DNA of 64,000 bases from the IMG/VR virus record IMGVR_UViG_3300042923_001352, positions 7,490 to 71,489 of that record; one strand, given 5' to 3'. Below, in pieces: positions 39,101 through 48,397 of the stretch; position 1 is the stretch's first letter, and each line of letters begins with the position of its first letter. This DNA comes from a virus. Made by a program: the position numbers and the translations under genes. The notes below the pieces were generated by a model. The model searched no databases. It saw nothing but the letters and a program-made list of their open reading frames with translations, and had not been told where the DNA came from.

Positions 39101-39609
39101 AAGCAGTTAGCGGATACACAATAGCAAATATATATAACAACAAGGTAGTTAATATGCCTCCTACTTCTGATGCTCCTGACTTGATAACTATTATGGCTGG
39201 CACAAATGACCATGGATTTAATATAACAATAGGTGCTATCACAGATGATCCAGCTTCAGGTACTTCATTCTATGCAGTATATAGAAAAACTATAGAATAT
39301 TTAATAACTCAGTATCCTAACGCATCTATAGGTCTTATTACTCCAATACAACGCTTCGGCACAGTAGACGGTAATGTTAATAATGCAGTAAGTAAAAAAT
39401 TAAGAGACTATTGTGACGCTGTAGTTGCTCTTGGTAAGTTCTATTCTATACCGGTATTAGATTGGTATGACAATTTAGGGTTTTCACCTTATATTGCTTC
39501 ACAAAAAACAAACTACTACACAGGAACACCATCAGACGGTACTCATCCTAATGACTTAGGTCAAATAAAAATGGCAGCAGCAGTAGGTAACTTTATAGAG
39601 AGACTTTAA
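36154..39609 (+). CDS. cassette 2 B protein: beta-helix depolymerase-like domain fused to SGNH/GDSL hydrolase
   Basis: YVIELSRWGI, NEWSVG, YMGD, INMED; C-terminal GDSIS, AVSG, GTND, DGTHPN blocks. Confidence 0.8.
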   Translation: MTLKKRPAGLGNTDITTVPPVEGNVLKYTNGMWRPSPSTGSSYVIELSRWGITEGLPSKRIENIGGVDVNCYSDSDYAKAKANVLGMTAAIKWAGNNGYTEVVMPFGSYAICHSKLNRVDSDNSIVISSSNMIIDFNKSTFKVIFDSGKRSPYHKMTLDNGATWVTSTDEPFWMGGISIVIRDCSFTQLKNGILIGDKIDRDFTAQKEKANEWSVGIAAGGNCKYINISNMDVSFYMGDAISTSVGSNAFVKTSYDMAWALGKIDATGAVVTSTTHCVSGFVPVAAKTPHFLHGYGNTQGMTELKNRRYTAYMYDANKVYITSRTQFVLRDFTTTKSTAFVRLVVEESSLDPFIQGSSTGGWEMILKTGFYGNYLTYENNYIHHNHRGGLTPGVNDMFIINNWFYNNGEEYDYENNLPGFEQENGQTYLTRYHINMEDTQGFNQQIIGNKFDNGRISIAIRCYDVTMRDNIFKNNIAIIYRVQHAIIKDNHFDNAGFDTYPYATAYNAYQDYIRNWRVEGNLFEGDFKISGAALVQSISNNTFTGMMSLDCPVSIFKNNAFRVDKDVNFTDVLTLKTVPYMEGCSFVKKDQSAVLNSIYIEGAVLNNCTFKNLKVKVKNLILKDSIITDSGFDIADGELKMDNCKINSGTYSLKNNYMINPENSAVVNVAHNTNSILVEIKNSSIVSSNAHAIFGSASNVQTNAKLKLDNTKITRQVNNKLGIGIFGNVLDFTNSVITSDVAATAITPNAAHIHKFVDCTFTNVSFNTKPTDIKYTQQDVLKTTNFGESGGALTYKGSLVAGTNATAIDRQTLNLYNKALLVTGTHHDNTNGNVVAGGYETHKIPVKPGYNYVFNKGDGISMQYSFYDVNDVYITGASNSRAKAPANARGLYVYIPSIAVSDALMVMETTNIFADYVPNTQKYLSTQPVQGWYRSKWFEKTWWVLGDSISTGLGDGAGASNVYANKPYAYLLGRDRSIKIQNEAVSGYTIANIYNNKVVNMPPTSDAPDLITIMAGTNDHGFNITIGAITDDPASGTSFYAVYRKTIEYLITQYPNASIGLITPIQRFGTVDGNVNNAVSKKLRDYCDAVVALGKFYSIPVLDWYDNLGFSPYIASQKTNYYTGTPSDGTHPNDLGQIKMAAAVGNFIERL

Positions 39610-39616
39610 TATTAGA

Positions 39617-39643
39617 ATGGAGAGCTAACTGCTCTCCATTTTT
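39617..39643 (+). terminator. intrinsic terminator ending cassette 2
   Basis: ATGGAGAGC/GCTCTCCAT stem plus T run. Confidence 0.8.
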
Positions 39644-39659
39644 ATTTTAACTTTTGAAT

Positions 39660-39787
39660 TTTTTAATAATTAAAAACATTAAAACAATTCGGTAATAAAA
39701 CACTATTGGTTGTATATTAAAATTACGCATAGATAAGGCACAAGTGTTTTATTGATATAAATAACAAATGGTAAGAGAGGTGTTTTT
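39660..39787 (+). repeat. repeated cassette leader, copy 2
   Basis: Similar to copies 1 and 3; palindrome variant ATAAGGCAC-AA-GTGTTTTAT. Confidence 0.8.
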
Positions 39788-42328
39788 ATGGCAAAGATTC
39801 AAATTAAAAGAGGATTGAAATCTGAATTGCCAATACTAGATATTGGAGAACTTGGATATTGTACTGATTCTAAAGAATTATTTATTGGTACTGCAACTGG
39901 AAATGTACTTGTAAATGATACAATTGGTGGAACAACTGAACCAACTTATATCGTTAAAGAAGGTTGGAGCACTAGTGGAGTTAGGAATTTTGGAACTCCA
40001 ATGACTAGAATCTATATTGATAATATTGGTAATGCAGACTTAACTTTCACAATTGGCAGTATTGTAATTACAGTGAAGTCAAAAGAAGAATTTGAAGATA
40101 CATTTGATCCGTTTAATCAAATAACTATCAATGCTTCTGATTCGTTTAATGCATATGCCATTGATTTAAAAGATGATTCTTCTAATCCTCAATTTTCAGT
40201 TAAGGATCATTTTAGTGGAAATTCAAATATAACTAGATCATACACGCCAGCAGTTCACGGTATTACAATTAGTAATGATGGAGTAGAATCTTTAAGTTAC
40301 ACTGTAAACGGAATTACATTTATAGTAGAACAAGATACAATTAGTCAAAGATATTTTGAACCTTTCACTGAAGTATCTGTTAATTCAGCATCCGTTCCAT
40401 ATAGAGCTTTCACTGTAGGCAATTATTTACAAAACGTAACTGGTTCTTTTCCTGATACCACTGCGCCAAATAATATTACGGGTTTATTTCCTTCAGGTAT
40501 AACAACCACTACTTTAAATTTAAATTGGACAGCTTCAACTTCTCCAGATGTTCAAAGTTATGATGTATTTAATAACACTTCTTTAATTGGTAATACCAAT
40601 ACTACTTCATACAATGTAACAGGATTATTAGAAAAAACAGAGTACACATTTGTCATTAAAGCTAAAGATGCTGCTGGCAACTCTTCGTCTGGTATAATTT
40701 TAGTCGTATCTACCGCAGATGCAACTGCGCCAGTTGATGTAACTGACTTAAATGTTACAAATCTACTATCAAATTCATTAACATTAAATTGGACAGCTTC
40801 AATTTCTCCAGATATTGCAAGTTATGACATATACAATAGTGCTTCTTTAATTGGTAACACAGCAGCATCAACATTTAATGTAACTGGGTTGACTAGCACT
40901 ACGGGTTATACTTTTAGAGTTTCATCAAAGGACATGTCTGGAAATACCTCGGTTGGTGTAACGGTTGAGGCTACTACAACAGCTATGACTGACACAACTC
41001 CTCCAGTAGTTATTATTTCTCCAGCAGCAGGATTGTATAATGCAACTCAAAACGTTACTCTTTCTACTGAAGAAGGAGCTACTATTTATTATACTTTAGA
41101 CGGTTCAACACCAACAACAAGTAGTTCTGTTTATAGTACTCCTATTGCAATTAGTTCCGCAACAACTATTAAATATTTTGGTAAGGACACGGTTGGTAAC
41201 TCAAGCAGTGTACAAACAGCTTCTTATACATTTGATACTGTAATTCCTGTATTGACTTTTAATCCGACAAGTAAAAGTTATAACACAGCGAATATGTCTG
41301 TAACACTTTCTGTAAATGAAACAGCAACCATTTATTATACGATAGATGGTACCGTTCCTACAACGGCAAGTACAGTATATACTGCTCCAATAGTTGTTAC
41401 TGGTACTCAAACTATAAAAGCTATTGCTAGAGATACTGCAGGTAATCAATCGGCAGTTGGATCACAAGCTTATACTTATGATATAACTCCTCCAGGTGAT
41501 GTAACTGGACTCACTGTAACGGAACTTGCAGATAAATCAGCAGCAATAACGTTTAACAATATTAATGGAGATCAAGCTTCTGTACACGCATTCAATCCAT
41601 CTGGTTACAGAACTGGATTTTTTGGAAATACTGGCGCTAGAAGATTTGGTATATTGAATCTTACTCCACAAATAACACAAAGCGTTATTGTTAAAACTTA
41701 TGATAGTGCTGGAAATGTAAGTACTGGTGTTACCGTACCAATAACAACAACGGCAAACGTTGCATATACTCATACTAGTTTTGTAAATGATGCTTCGCTT
41801 TTGTTATTTGCAGAAAATCTTCCAACAGCCACACCATATGGCATCTATAATCCACAAGATTTTTTCACTGATGGAAATTCATATACTGTTGTAGCAACAG
41901 CCATTTTACCAGCTTTTGCTAATGTTATTAGTGATAGAAATCTAACATCTAATTTTACTGGTGTAAAAACCAGAATACATTTTACAAGAGATGCTTCAAA
42001 TATTGGCGTTAATATTTATGGATATAATACTTCTACTAGTGCACAAAATGTAAATCAAAGTATTAATATAGCTACTGCACCAGTATTTACTCAAATGTAT
42101 CATTTTGTTATTGTTAGAGAAGCAACTAAATTAGTTCTTTATGTTGATAATGTTAAAATATCAGAAACAGCTATTCCAGCTAATACGGCATTTAATCCTA
42201 TTAGTACTCAAATGCCACCATTAATGATTGGTAGTACTGTAACAGGTTCAACAATAAAAAATATTGCTATTTATAATAGAACACTTACTGCTGGGGAGTT
42301 AACTCAGAATTTTAATGCATTGAAGTAA
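39788..42328 (+). CDS. cassette 3 A protein: Mtd_N-like, Fn3 domains, 2 CHB_HEX_C-like repeats, LamG-like
   Basis: MAKIQIKRGLKSELP; LNWTAS...YDV/IY...YTF Fn3 motifs; IAIYNRTLTAGELTQNFNALK. Confidence 0.8.
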   Translation: MAKIQIKRGLKSELPILDIGELGYCTDSKELFIGTATGNVLVNDTIGGTTEPTYIVKEGWSTSGVRNFGTPMTRIYIDNIGNADLTFTIGSIVITVKSKEEFEDTFDPFNQITINASDSFNAYAIDLKDDSSNPQFSVKDHFSGNSNITRSYTPAVHGITISNDGVESLSYTVNGITFIVEQDTISQRYFEPFTEVSVNSASVPYRAFTVGNYLQNVTGSFPDTTAPNNITGLFPSGITTTTLNLNWTASTSPDVQSYDVFNNTSLIGNTNTTSYNVTGLLEKTEYTFVIKAKDAAGNSSSGIILVVSTADATAPVDVTDLNVTNLLSNSLTLNWTASISPDIASYDIYNSASLIGNTAASTFNVTGLTSTTGYTFRVSSKDMSGNTSVGVTVEATTTAMTDTTPPVVIISPAAGLYNATQNVTLSTEEGATIYYTLDGSTPTTSSSVYSTPIAISSATTIKYFGKDTVGNSSSVQTASYTFDTVIPVLTFNPTSKSYNTANMSVTLSVNETATIYYTIDGTVPTTASTVYTAPIVVTGTQTIKAIARDTAGNQSAVGSQAYTYDITPPGDVTGLTVTELADKSAAITFNNINGDQASVHAFNPSGYRTGFFGNTGARRFGILNLTPQITQSVIVKTYDSAGNVSTGVTVPITTTANVAYTHTSFVNDASLLLFAENLPTATPYGIYNPQDFFTDGNSYTVVATAILPAFANVISDRNLTSNFTGVKTRIHFTRDASNIGVNIYGYNTSTSAQNVNQSINIATAPVFTQMYHFVIVREATKLVLYVDNVKISETAIPANTAFNPISTQMPPLMIGSTVTGSTIKNIAIYNRTLTAGELTQNFNALK

Positions 42329-42369
42329 AATAACAAATTGAATTATGCTAAAAAGGAGGATGATTTACA

Positions 42370-45300
42370 ATGGGTTGGAAAAAAAAATCTACTAAGACTT
42401 CAATTAATGATGTTACACCAAATAGTTCCACAACGTATAGTTCAAGTAAAATTGAATCTACACTAACAAATATAAATACTTCAATCTCAAATAAGGCTAA
42501 TATATCACATACGCATACTACTTCTAATATTACAGATATTGATACAACCAATAAAACAAATGGTTATGCTTTACAATATGATTCTGCCACTGGTAAATTC
42601 GTATCAAAAGCATTACCAGGAGGTACTGGTTCAGGGGCTACGAGTTTGGATGGTTTATCAGATGTTGACGTATCAACTTTTGTTCCATTAGAAGGAGATT
42701 TTTTGAAATATGTTGGTGGTGTTTGGAAAGCGTCATCAAGTACCAATGTAGTTATTCCACAAGAAGTAACTGATTTTCAAGCTACTAACATTGGACAAAC
42801 AACTTTAACTTTATCATGGACAGCTTCTAGTGGGGCTACAAGTTATGATATATTAAAGGATGGAATATTTTTAATAAATACAACAACTTCTTCTTATAAT
42901 GTTATTGGATTAGAATCGGGGATGCAATATAACTTTACAGTTAAAGCTAAGAACAGTGCTGGCGCAGCAGCCGGAGTGAGTATTAATGCAACTTCATTAT
43001 TAGCTACCCCACAATTAGTAACTAATCTAGAGGCTATTAATATTACACAAACAACTTTAACTTTATCATGGACAGCTTCAAATGGAGCTACAAGTTATGA
43101 TATATTGATGAATGGAAATTTTTTAATCAACACTTTATCAACTTCTTACAATGTTACTGGGTTAACTTTAAATACCCAATATGTTTTCACAGTTAAAGCT
43201 AAAAATAGTGCTGGTACATCAGCTGGAGTTGTGATAAATGTAAATACTATAGGCGAAGTAACAGCCGACTTAATATTTAATTTAGATCTATCTGGAAAAT
43301 CTGGAGTTACTTCAAATACAATAAATGATACCGTGAACAACATACCATGCACATTGTACAATGTAGTACGTGATGGTAATGATGGATTCTTAGACGATAA
43401 GGGTTTAACTCTTAAGACCAACGGATATGTGGGTATACCAATTGGTACTGGTACACTTAGAAGTTTAATAAACATTAATACAACAGGTGTAACCTTTGAG
43501 TTCGTTGCTTACAATGCTATAGGAATGATCATGAGAACTAATGGACCAACCACGCTTAAAACAACAGTTGGTACTACAGTAGTACAAACAGCTATGAAAT
43601 ATACATCAACCGATACCACTGATAAAAGTACCTATACTCAGTATTCTGCATTTGGGCCAGTTGGAGCTACTTCTCAAGGTATAGACACCCTACATGGTAC
43701 AAAAGAACTAAATGTGATAACAGTTAGGTTCTATCCAGATGGTAAATATGATATATTACTGAATGGTAAGCCTTCTACAACACAAGGTAAACCTTCAGAC
43801 TTTGCTGATTACTTTGATATGTTAGCATCTCCCGAATTATACGTTAGAAGGGACGAAGTAGGTTCTAACACTGCTGGTACTAAGTTAAGAGCATTTTCTA
43901 TATACAATAAGCCGTTATCTAATGAAGAGGCATTGCAAAGTTACAATAATTATAAGAATACTGAACCATTAGACCAAATGTTTATTTATCCAACATCGGT
44001 ATCAATTGATATAGGAGAAAATCAGACATTGGCAGTTGTAGCAAGTCCAATGAAGTATACAAACTTAGTAACTAATGTTTTTGAGAGTGGTAATGCGGGA
44101 TTTGTTACAGTTAATGAAAATGGAGTATTAACTGGTGTAGCTGAAGGAGATACTACTATAGGTGTGACAACAACTTATTTGGGTCAGACACTTAATAATG
44201 GTATATCTATCACTGTAGGTAGTTCAGACATAGAACCACCTGCCTCCACAAGAACAATTACCGGAATATCCCTTAACAGACAAACACAAAACTTGAATGT
44301 TGGTGAGGAGTTTTTAGCACTTGCAACTACACTACCATTCGATGTATTCTATGACAACATTGTAACATGGCAGTCTTCTGATCCTTCTGTATGTACTGTC
44401 AACCTTGGGGTACTTAAAGGTATAGCTCCTGGTACTGCTGTTATAACTGCAACTGATGGCGCTGGAGTCTACTCGAAGAACTTCACAGTTACTGTATCAG
44501 TACCAGTAGTTGTAACTATAACTGCTGAAGAAACCTATAATGTAGTACTAACAGAATATGATATAGATGCAGCGAATGCAGTTAATTCAACTAATGGTAT
44601 ACAAAATGCTCTGAATTACGCATCCACTAACGGTTATAAAAAAATAGTATTTCCAACAGCGACATATCAAGTTACTCCAGATGCTAGGACTATTAATATG
44701 CCAACCAATATGGTGGTAGACTTCAGTAACTCTTCTATTAACATAGAACTTAGTAGTAAAACACCGTTAGGATATATCATGTTCTACTTTGATAAGGTAA
44801 CCAATACCAAATTGATAAATGCAAAGATATATGGAGAAATTGATTACACAACATTACCATATGCTTCTGAGGGATGCCAGTCTGTTGTAATAACAGAAGC
44901 TGTAAACTCAGGGTTTGAGAACTGTACGTTTAGTAAATCTCCTGGATTCAACGTGCAATCCACAATGAGACTTGTTAAGACTGGTACAACTGGCACAAGT
45001 ATACCGAAGACTAATTTTGAGGTAGGTAGTATAAATGCGAGTGGTGTTAACGATGATAGTATAACTACCTTCAGTTTTAGGAGCATAAACTATCTAAACA
45101 TATCGGGTCTTGGTTCATATTATATGATAGGGTATACTCAAGGATATTTTGGATACAATTATTTAAGATCTAGATTGTATAGTATATTCTTCTATGACGT
45201 CAATTATACCTTCATAAGTGCTCAAATGCATAATTTACAATTCATCAACTATGACAAACCAGCTAATGCTAAGTATGCCAAAATAATCATTTATCAAGAC

Positions 45301-45825
45301 GTAGCACCAACTTCTCAAGATAATGATTTTAATGCAGTTGCATTTATCAGAACTATGGGTATGGCGCAGAATTGTTTTATTAAGAATTGTACATTCGAAG
45401 AAAATGGTAGCTGCGGTCTAGCATTATCTGGCGGACAGAATTGGTTAGTTGAAGGTAACTACTTTGCTAAAAATGGTAGAAGAATGCCTAACTGTGATGT
45501 AGACTGGGAAGATGGATGGGATACAATGATTGGGGATATTGTTAGAAACAATACTTTTAATTCCACCAATGGTATGCTACTATGCGCAGGTATGCATGCA
45601 GTACATGATAACACATTCAACAAGTCCGGACTAACTGTGTATGGTAGGACTCAAAACTGGAGAATATTCAGTAACTTCTTTAATGGCAAGGGTTATGTAT
45701 CGTTATCAACCCAAGCGGAATCTTATTTCTCTAGAAATACGTTATCTGTAGTACGATACGCTACAACACTACAACACCCTACAGCCAGTTACAGAATTCG
45801 CGATACAAACAATACTCTAATTTAA
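42370..45825 (+). CDS. cassette 3 B protein: LxDVD adaptor repeat, 2 Fn3, LamG-like, 2 Big_2 Ig domains, beta-helix depolymerase-like domain
   Basis: GLSDVDV, LTLSWTAS, WQSSDPSVCTV, GIQNALNYA...IVFP..TY, VDWEDG. Confidence 0.75.
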   Translation: MGWKKKSTKTSINDVTPNSSTTYSSSKIESTLTNINTSISNKANISHTHTTSNITDIDTTNKTNGYALQYDSATGKFVSKALPGGTGSGATSLDGLSDVDVSTFVPLEGDFLKYVGGVWKASSSTNVVIPQEVTDFQATNIGQTTLTLSWTASSGATSYDILKDGIFLINTTTSSYNVIGLESGMQYNFTVKAKNSAGAAAGVSINATSLLATPQLVTNLEAINITQTTLTLSWTASNGATSYDILMNGNFLINTLSTSYNVTGLTLNTQYVFTVKAKNSAGTSAGVVINVNTIGEVTADLIFNLDLSGKSGVTSNTINDTVNNIPCTLYNVVRDGNDGFLDDKGLTLKTNGYVGIPIGTGTLRSLININTTGVTFEFVAYNAIGMIMRTNGPTTLKTTVGTTVVQTAMKYTSTDTTDKSTYTQYSAFGPVGATSQGIDTLHGTKELNVITVRFYPDGKYDILLNGKPSTTQGKPSDFADYFDMLASPELYVRRDEVGSNTAGTKLRAFSIYNKPLSNEEALQSYNNYKNTEPLDQMFIYPTSVSIDIGENQTLAVVASPMKYTNLVTNVFESGNAGFVTVNENGVLTGVAEGDTTIGVTTTYLGQTLNNGISITVGSSDIEPPASTRTITGISLNRQTQNLNVGEEFLALATTLPFDVFYDNIVTWQSSDPSVCTVNLGVLKGIAPGTAVITATDGAGVYSKNFTVTVSVPVVVTITAEETYNVVLTEYDIDAANAVNSTNGIQNALNYASTNGYKKIVFPTATYQVTPDARTINMPTNMVVDFSNSSINIELSSKTPLGYIMFYFDKVTNTKLINAKIYGEIDYTTLPYASEGCQSVVITEAVNSGFENCTFSKSPGFNVQSTMRLVKTGTTGTSIPKTNFEVGSINASGVNDDSITTFSFRSINYLNISGLGSYYMIGYTQGYFGYNYLRSRLYSIFFYDVNYTFISAQMHNLQFINYDKPANAKYAKIIIYQDVAPTSQDNDFNAVAFIRTMGMAQNCFIKNCTFEENGSCGLALSGGQNWLVEGNYFAKNGRRMPNCDVDWEDGWDTMIGDIVRNNTFNSTNGMLLCAGMHAVHDNTFNKSGLTVYGRTQNWRIFSNFFNGKGYVSLSTQAESYFSRNTLSVVRYATTLQHPTASYRIRDTNNTLI

Positions 45826-45837
45826 TTTATTGTTAAA

Positions 45838-45866
45838 AGAGCTGGCTTAATAACCAGCTCTTTTTT
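45838..45866 (+). terminator. intrinsic terminator ending cassette 3
   Basis: AGAGCTGG/CCAGCTCT stem plus T run. Confidence 0.8.
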
Positions 45867-45884
45867 AATTTAATCATTTTGAAT

Positions 45885-46013
45885 TTTTTAAAAATTAATA
45901 ACATTAAAACAGTTCTATAATAAAAAACTTTTAGCTGTATATTAAAATTATGCTTAGATAAAACACTTGTGTTTTATAGATATAAATAAATAATTTGTAA
46001 GAGAGGTGTAGCA
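45885..46013 (+). repeat. repeated cassette leader, copy 3
   Basis: Nearly identical to copy 1 over its 3' part (AAACACTTGTGTTTTATAGATATAAATAAATAATTTGTAAGAGAGGTGT). Confidence 0.85.
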
Positions 46014-48320
46014 ATGAGTAAAATTCAAATTAGACGAGGTCTTAAATCTGAATTACCAACTCTAAATATTGGAGAGCTTGGATATTGTACTGATACTAAA
46101 GAATTATTTATTGGGTCAGCAACGGGCAATGTCTTAGTTAATGGTGGCGGTTCATCAGTGCCAAGATATAACATTAAAGATTCATGGAGTACTAGTGGTG
46201 TTCGTACATTTTCAACTTATATGTATAAATTTTACATTAATAATTTAGGAAATTCAGATGTCACTATTACTATTAATGATATTTCTTTTGTAATAAAATC
46301 AAAAGAAGAATTTGAAGATACATTTGATCCTTTTAGTCAAGTAACCATTGTTTCAAGTGATACATTTTATGCAGTTGTTAGTAATTTAGAATCAGGATCT
46401 GTTAATCCTAATTATAGTATTAAGGACGTTTTCAATGGTTCTTCTAATGTCACTCATAACTTTGATGGAACAATGCATGATTTTGTAATATCAAACGATG
46501 GCTTAAACACATTAAATTTCACAATAAACGGTTTAACAATACCAGTTCCATCAGGTAAAATAGTAGAACACATATTCGATTCCTTTAATCAAGTTATTGT
46601 AAACACAACAACACCTTTTAGAGCTTATGCTAGAGGGGCACTTATTACTGATAATATTACTCCAATTATTACAGCATCTGTTAATGGCGGTACTTTTAAT
46701 ACTACTCAATCAGTAACGTTGACTGGCAATGAAACTTCAACCATTTATTATACTATTGATGGAAGTATTCCAACCGTAAGCAGCGCTGTCTATAGCACAC
46801 CAATTTCAATTAGTACTACTACAACTTTAAAATATTTCGGTAAAGATTTAGGCGGTAATTCTTCAACTGTTCAAACACAAATTTACACATTAGATACAAC
46901 TGCGCCTACAGTTTCTGCATCTCCAAATGGAGGAACATTCACGAGCGTACAATCAGTAACTTTAACTGCTGATGAAACAGCTACTATTTATTATACGACT
47001 GATGGCTCAACTCCGACAATAAGTAGTACTGTTTACTCTACTCCTATAAACGTAGGAACAACTTCAACTTTAAAATTCTTTGGAAAAGATACTGCTGGAA
47101 ATTCATCAACCATTCAAACTGTTTCTTTCACAATCAACTTGCCAGATACAACGCCACCGCAAGCGGTTACGGGTTTAACATCTGGAGTAGTTACAAGTAC
47201 TACTATTCCAGTTAGTTGGGTATTATCTGCATCTGGTGATGTAGCAAATTATGAAGTAGCATACAGTACAGACGGAACAAATTTCACGCCTGCAAGTTCA
47301 GTGATAAATCCTAGTTCTACTTCATATACTATAACTGGATTAACAGCTAGTACCGCATATACAATTAAAGTTGTTGCTATTGATGGAGCAGGTAATCGTT
47401 CTACTAGCAATCCAACAATACAAATTGGAACAGCCAGCGCTGAAATTATATTGGCTTCTGATACGTTTAATAGAGCTGATACTACGATAACTAGCGATGA
47501 CTTCACAACCTTGGGGGTAACTGAGGTGGGTGGATTTACTTGGACAAATCAGAATTCTTGGTGGAACTATGGTATCATTGGAAACCAAGCTTACCAACAA
47601 CGTTCTAACAGCGGAGGAATAAGAAGTAGATCGCCAGTAACGATTCCATTAAATGGAGAGAAAAACTACGCGATAGAACTTACTTTCCCAATCTTAGACT
47701 CAGGTGTAGAAACCGCTGTACATTTCAGAAATGGCAGTTCTGATCTGTACTACACCATTAGGAGCGCTACTGGTTGGAATCTTACCAAGTTCCCTAATGG
47801 AGGTTCAATTACCTTAGTACGGTACGGCAACTTCATTCCTGCTAGTGGAGATAAATTACGTATTGAGACTTATGAGAATGGTAGAATTAGACAGTATGTA
47901 AATGGGGTCATAGATTTTGACATCATTGATACACTAGCTGCTACCACGTCAACAAAAGTAGGCTTCGCTACTGAAAATTTCAACTCCAGGTTTGAAGACT
48001 TTAAGCTTATACAGCTAGCACCCTTACCGCCAGATACTACGCCACCTGGAGAGATTACGCCAGGAACTACTACTTCAAATACAAGCTCTATTCAACTTAA
48101 CTGGACTAATCCAAATGATGGGGATTATAAAGGGACTGATGTATATAAGAATGGGGTTTTTCATGCTACTGTGTACCCAACTTCTAAACTTTCCAATAAG
48201 ACTAGTAGTCTTAGTGTCCCTGGTTTAACTGCAAGTACCAGTTACACATTCTTGCTTAAGACTTTTGACTATTCTGGTAACTACTCTGTTGGAGCTACAA
48301 TAGTGAAATCAACTATATAA
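46014..48320 (+). CDS. cassette 4 A protein: Mtd_N-like, 2 CHB_HEX_C-like repeats, Fn3, lectin-like beta-sandwich
   Basis: MSKIQIRRGLKSELP; Fn3 closely similar to that in A1; SDTFNRAD...FEDFKL concanavalin-like domain. Confidence 0.8.
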   Translation: MSKIQIRRGLKSELPTLNIGELGYCTDTKELFIGSATGNVLVNGGGSSVPRYNIKDSWSTSGVRTFSTYMYKFYINNLGNSDVTITINDISFVIKSKEEFEDTFDPFSQVTIVSSDTFYAVVSNLESGSVNPNYSIKDVFNGSSNVTHNFDGTMHDFVISNDGLNTLNFTINGLTIPVPSGKIVEHIFDSFNQVIVNTTTPFRAYARGALITDNITPIITASVNGGTFNTTQSVTLTGNETSTIYYTIDGSIPTVSSAVYSTPISISTTTTLKYFGKDLGGNSSTVQTQIYTLDTTAPTVSASPNGGTFTSVQSVTLTADETATIYYTTDGSTPTISSTVYSTPINVGTTSTLKFFGKDTAGNSSTIQTVSFTINLPDTTPPQAVTGLTSGVVTSTTIPVSWVLSASGDVANYEVAYSTDGTNFTPASSVINPSSTSYTITGLTASTAYTIKVVAIDGAGNRSTSNPTIQIGTASAEIILASDTFNRADTTITSDDFTTLGVTEVGGFTWTNQNSWWNYGIIGNQAYQQRSNSGGIRSRSPVTIPLNGEKNYAIELTFPILDSGVETAVHFRNGSSDLYYTIRSATGWNLTKFPNGGSITLVRYGNFIPASGDKLRIETYENGRIRQYVNGVIDFDIIDTLAATTSTKVGFATENFNSRFEDFKLIQLAPLPPDTTPPGEITPGTTTSNTSSIQLNWTNPNDGDYKGTDVYKNGVFHATVYPTSKLSNKTSSLSVPGLTASTSYTFLLKTFDYSGNYSVGATIVKSTI

Positions 48321-48397
48321 GGAATATGAAAATAAGACTTAGGTGGTCTGAGATAATTCAGACCACCTAAGTCTATAAATGAGGAGATGAACATATC

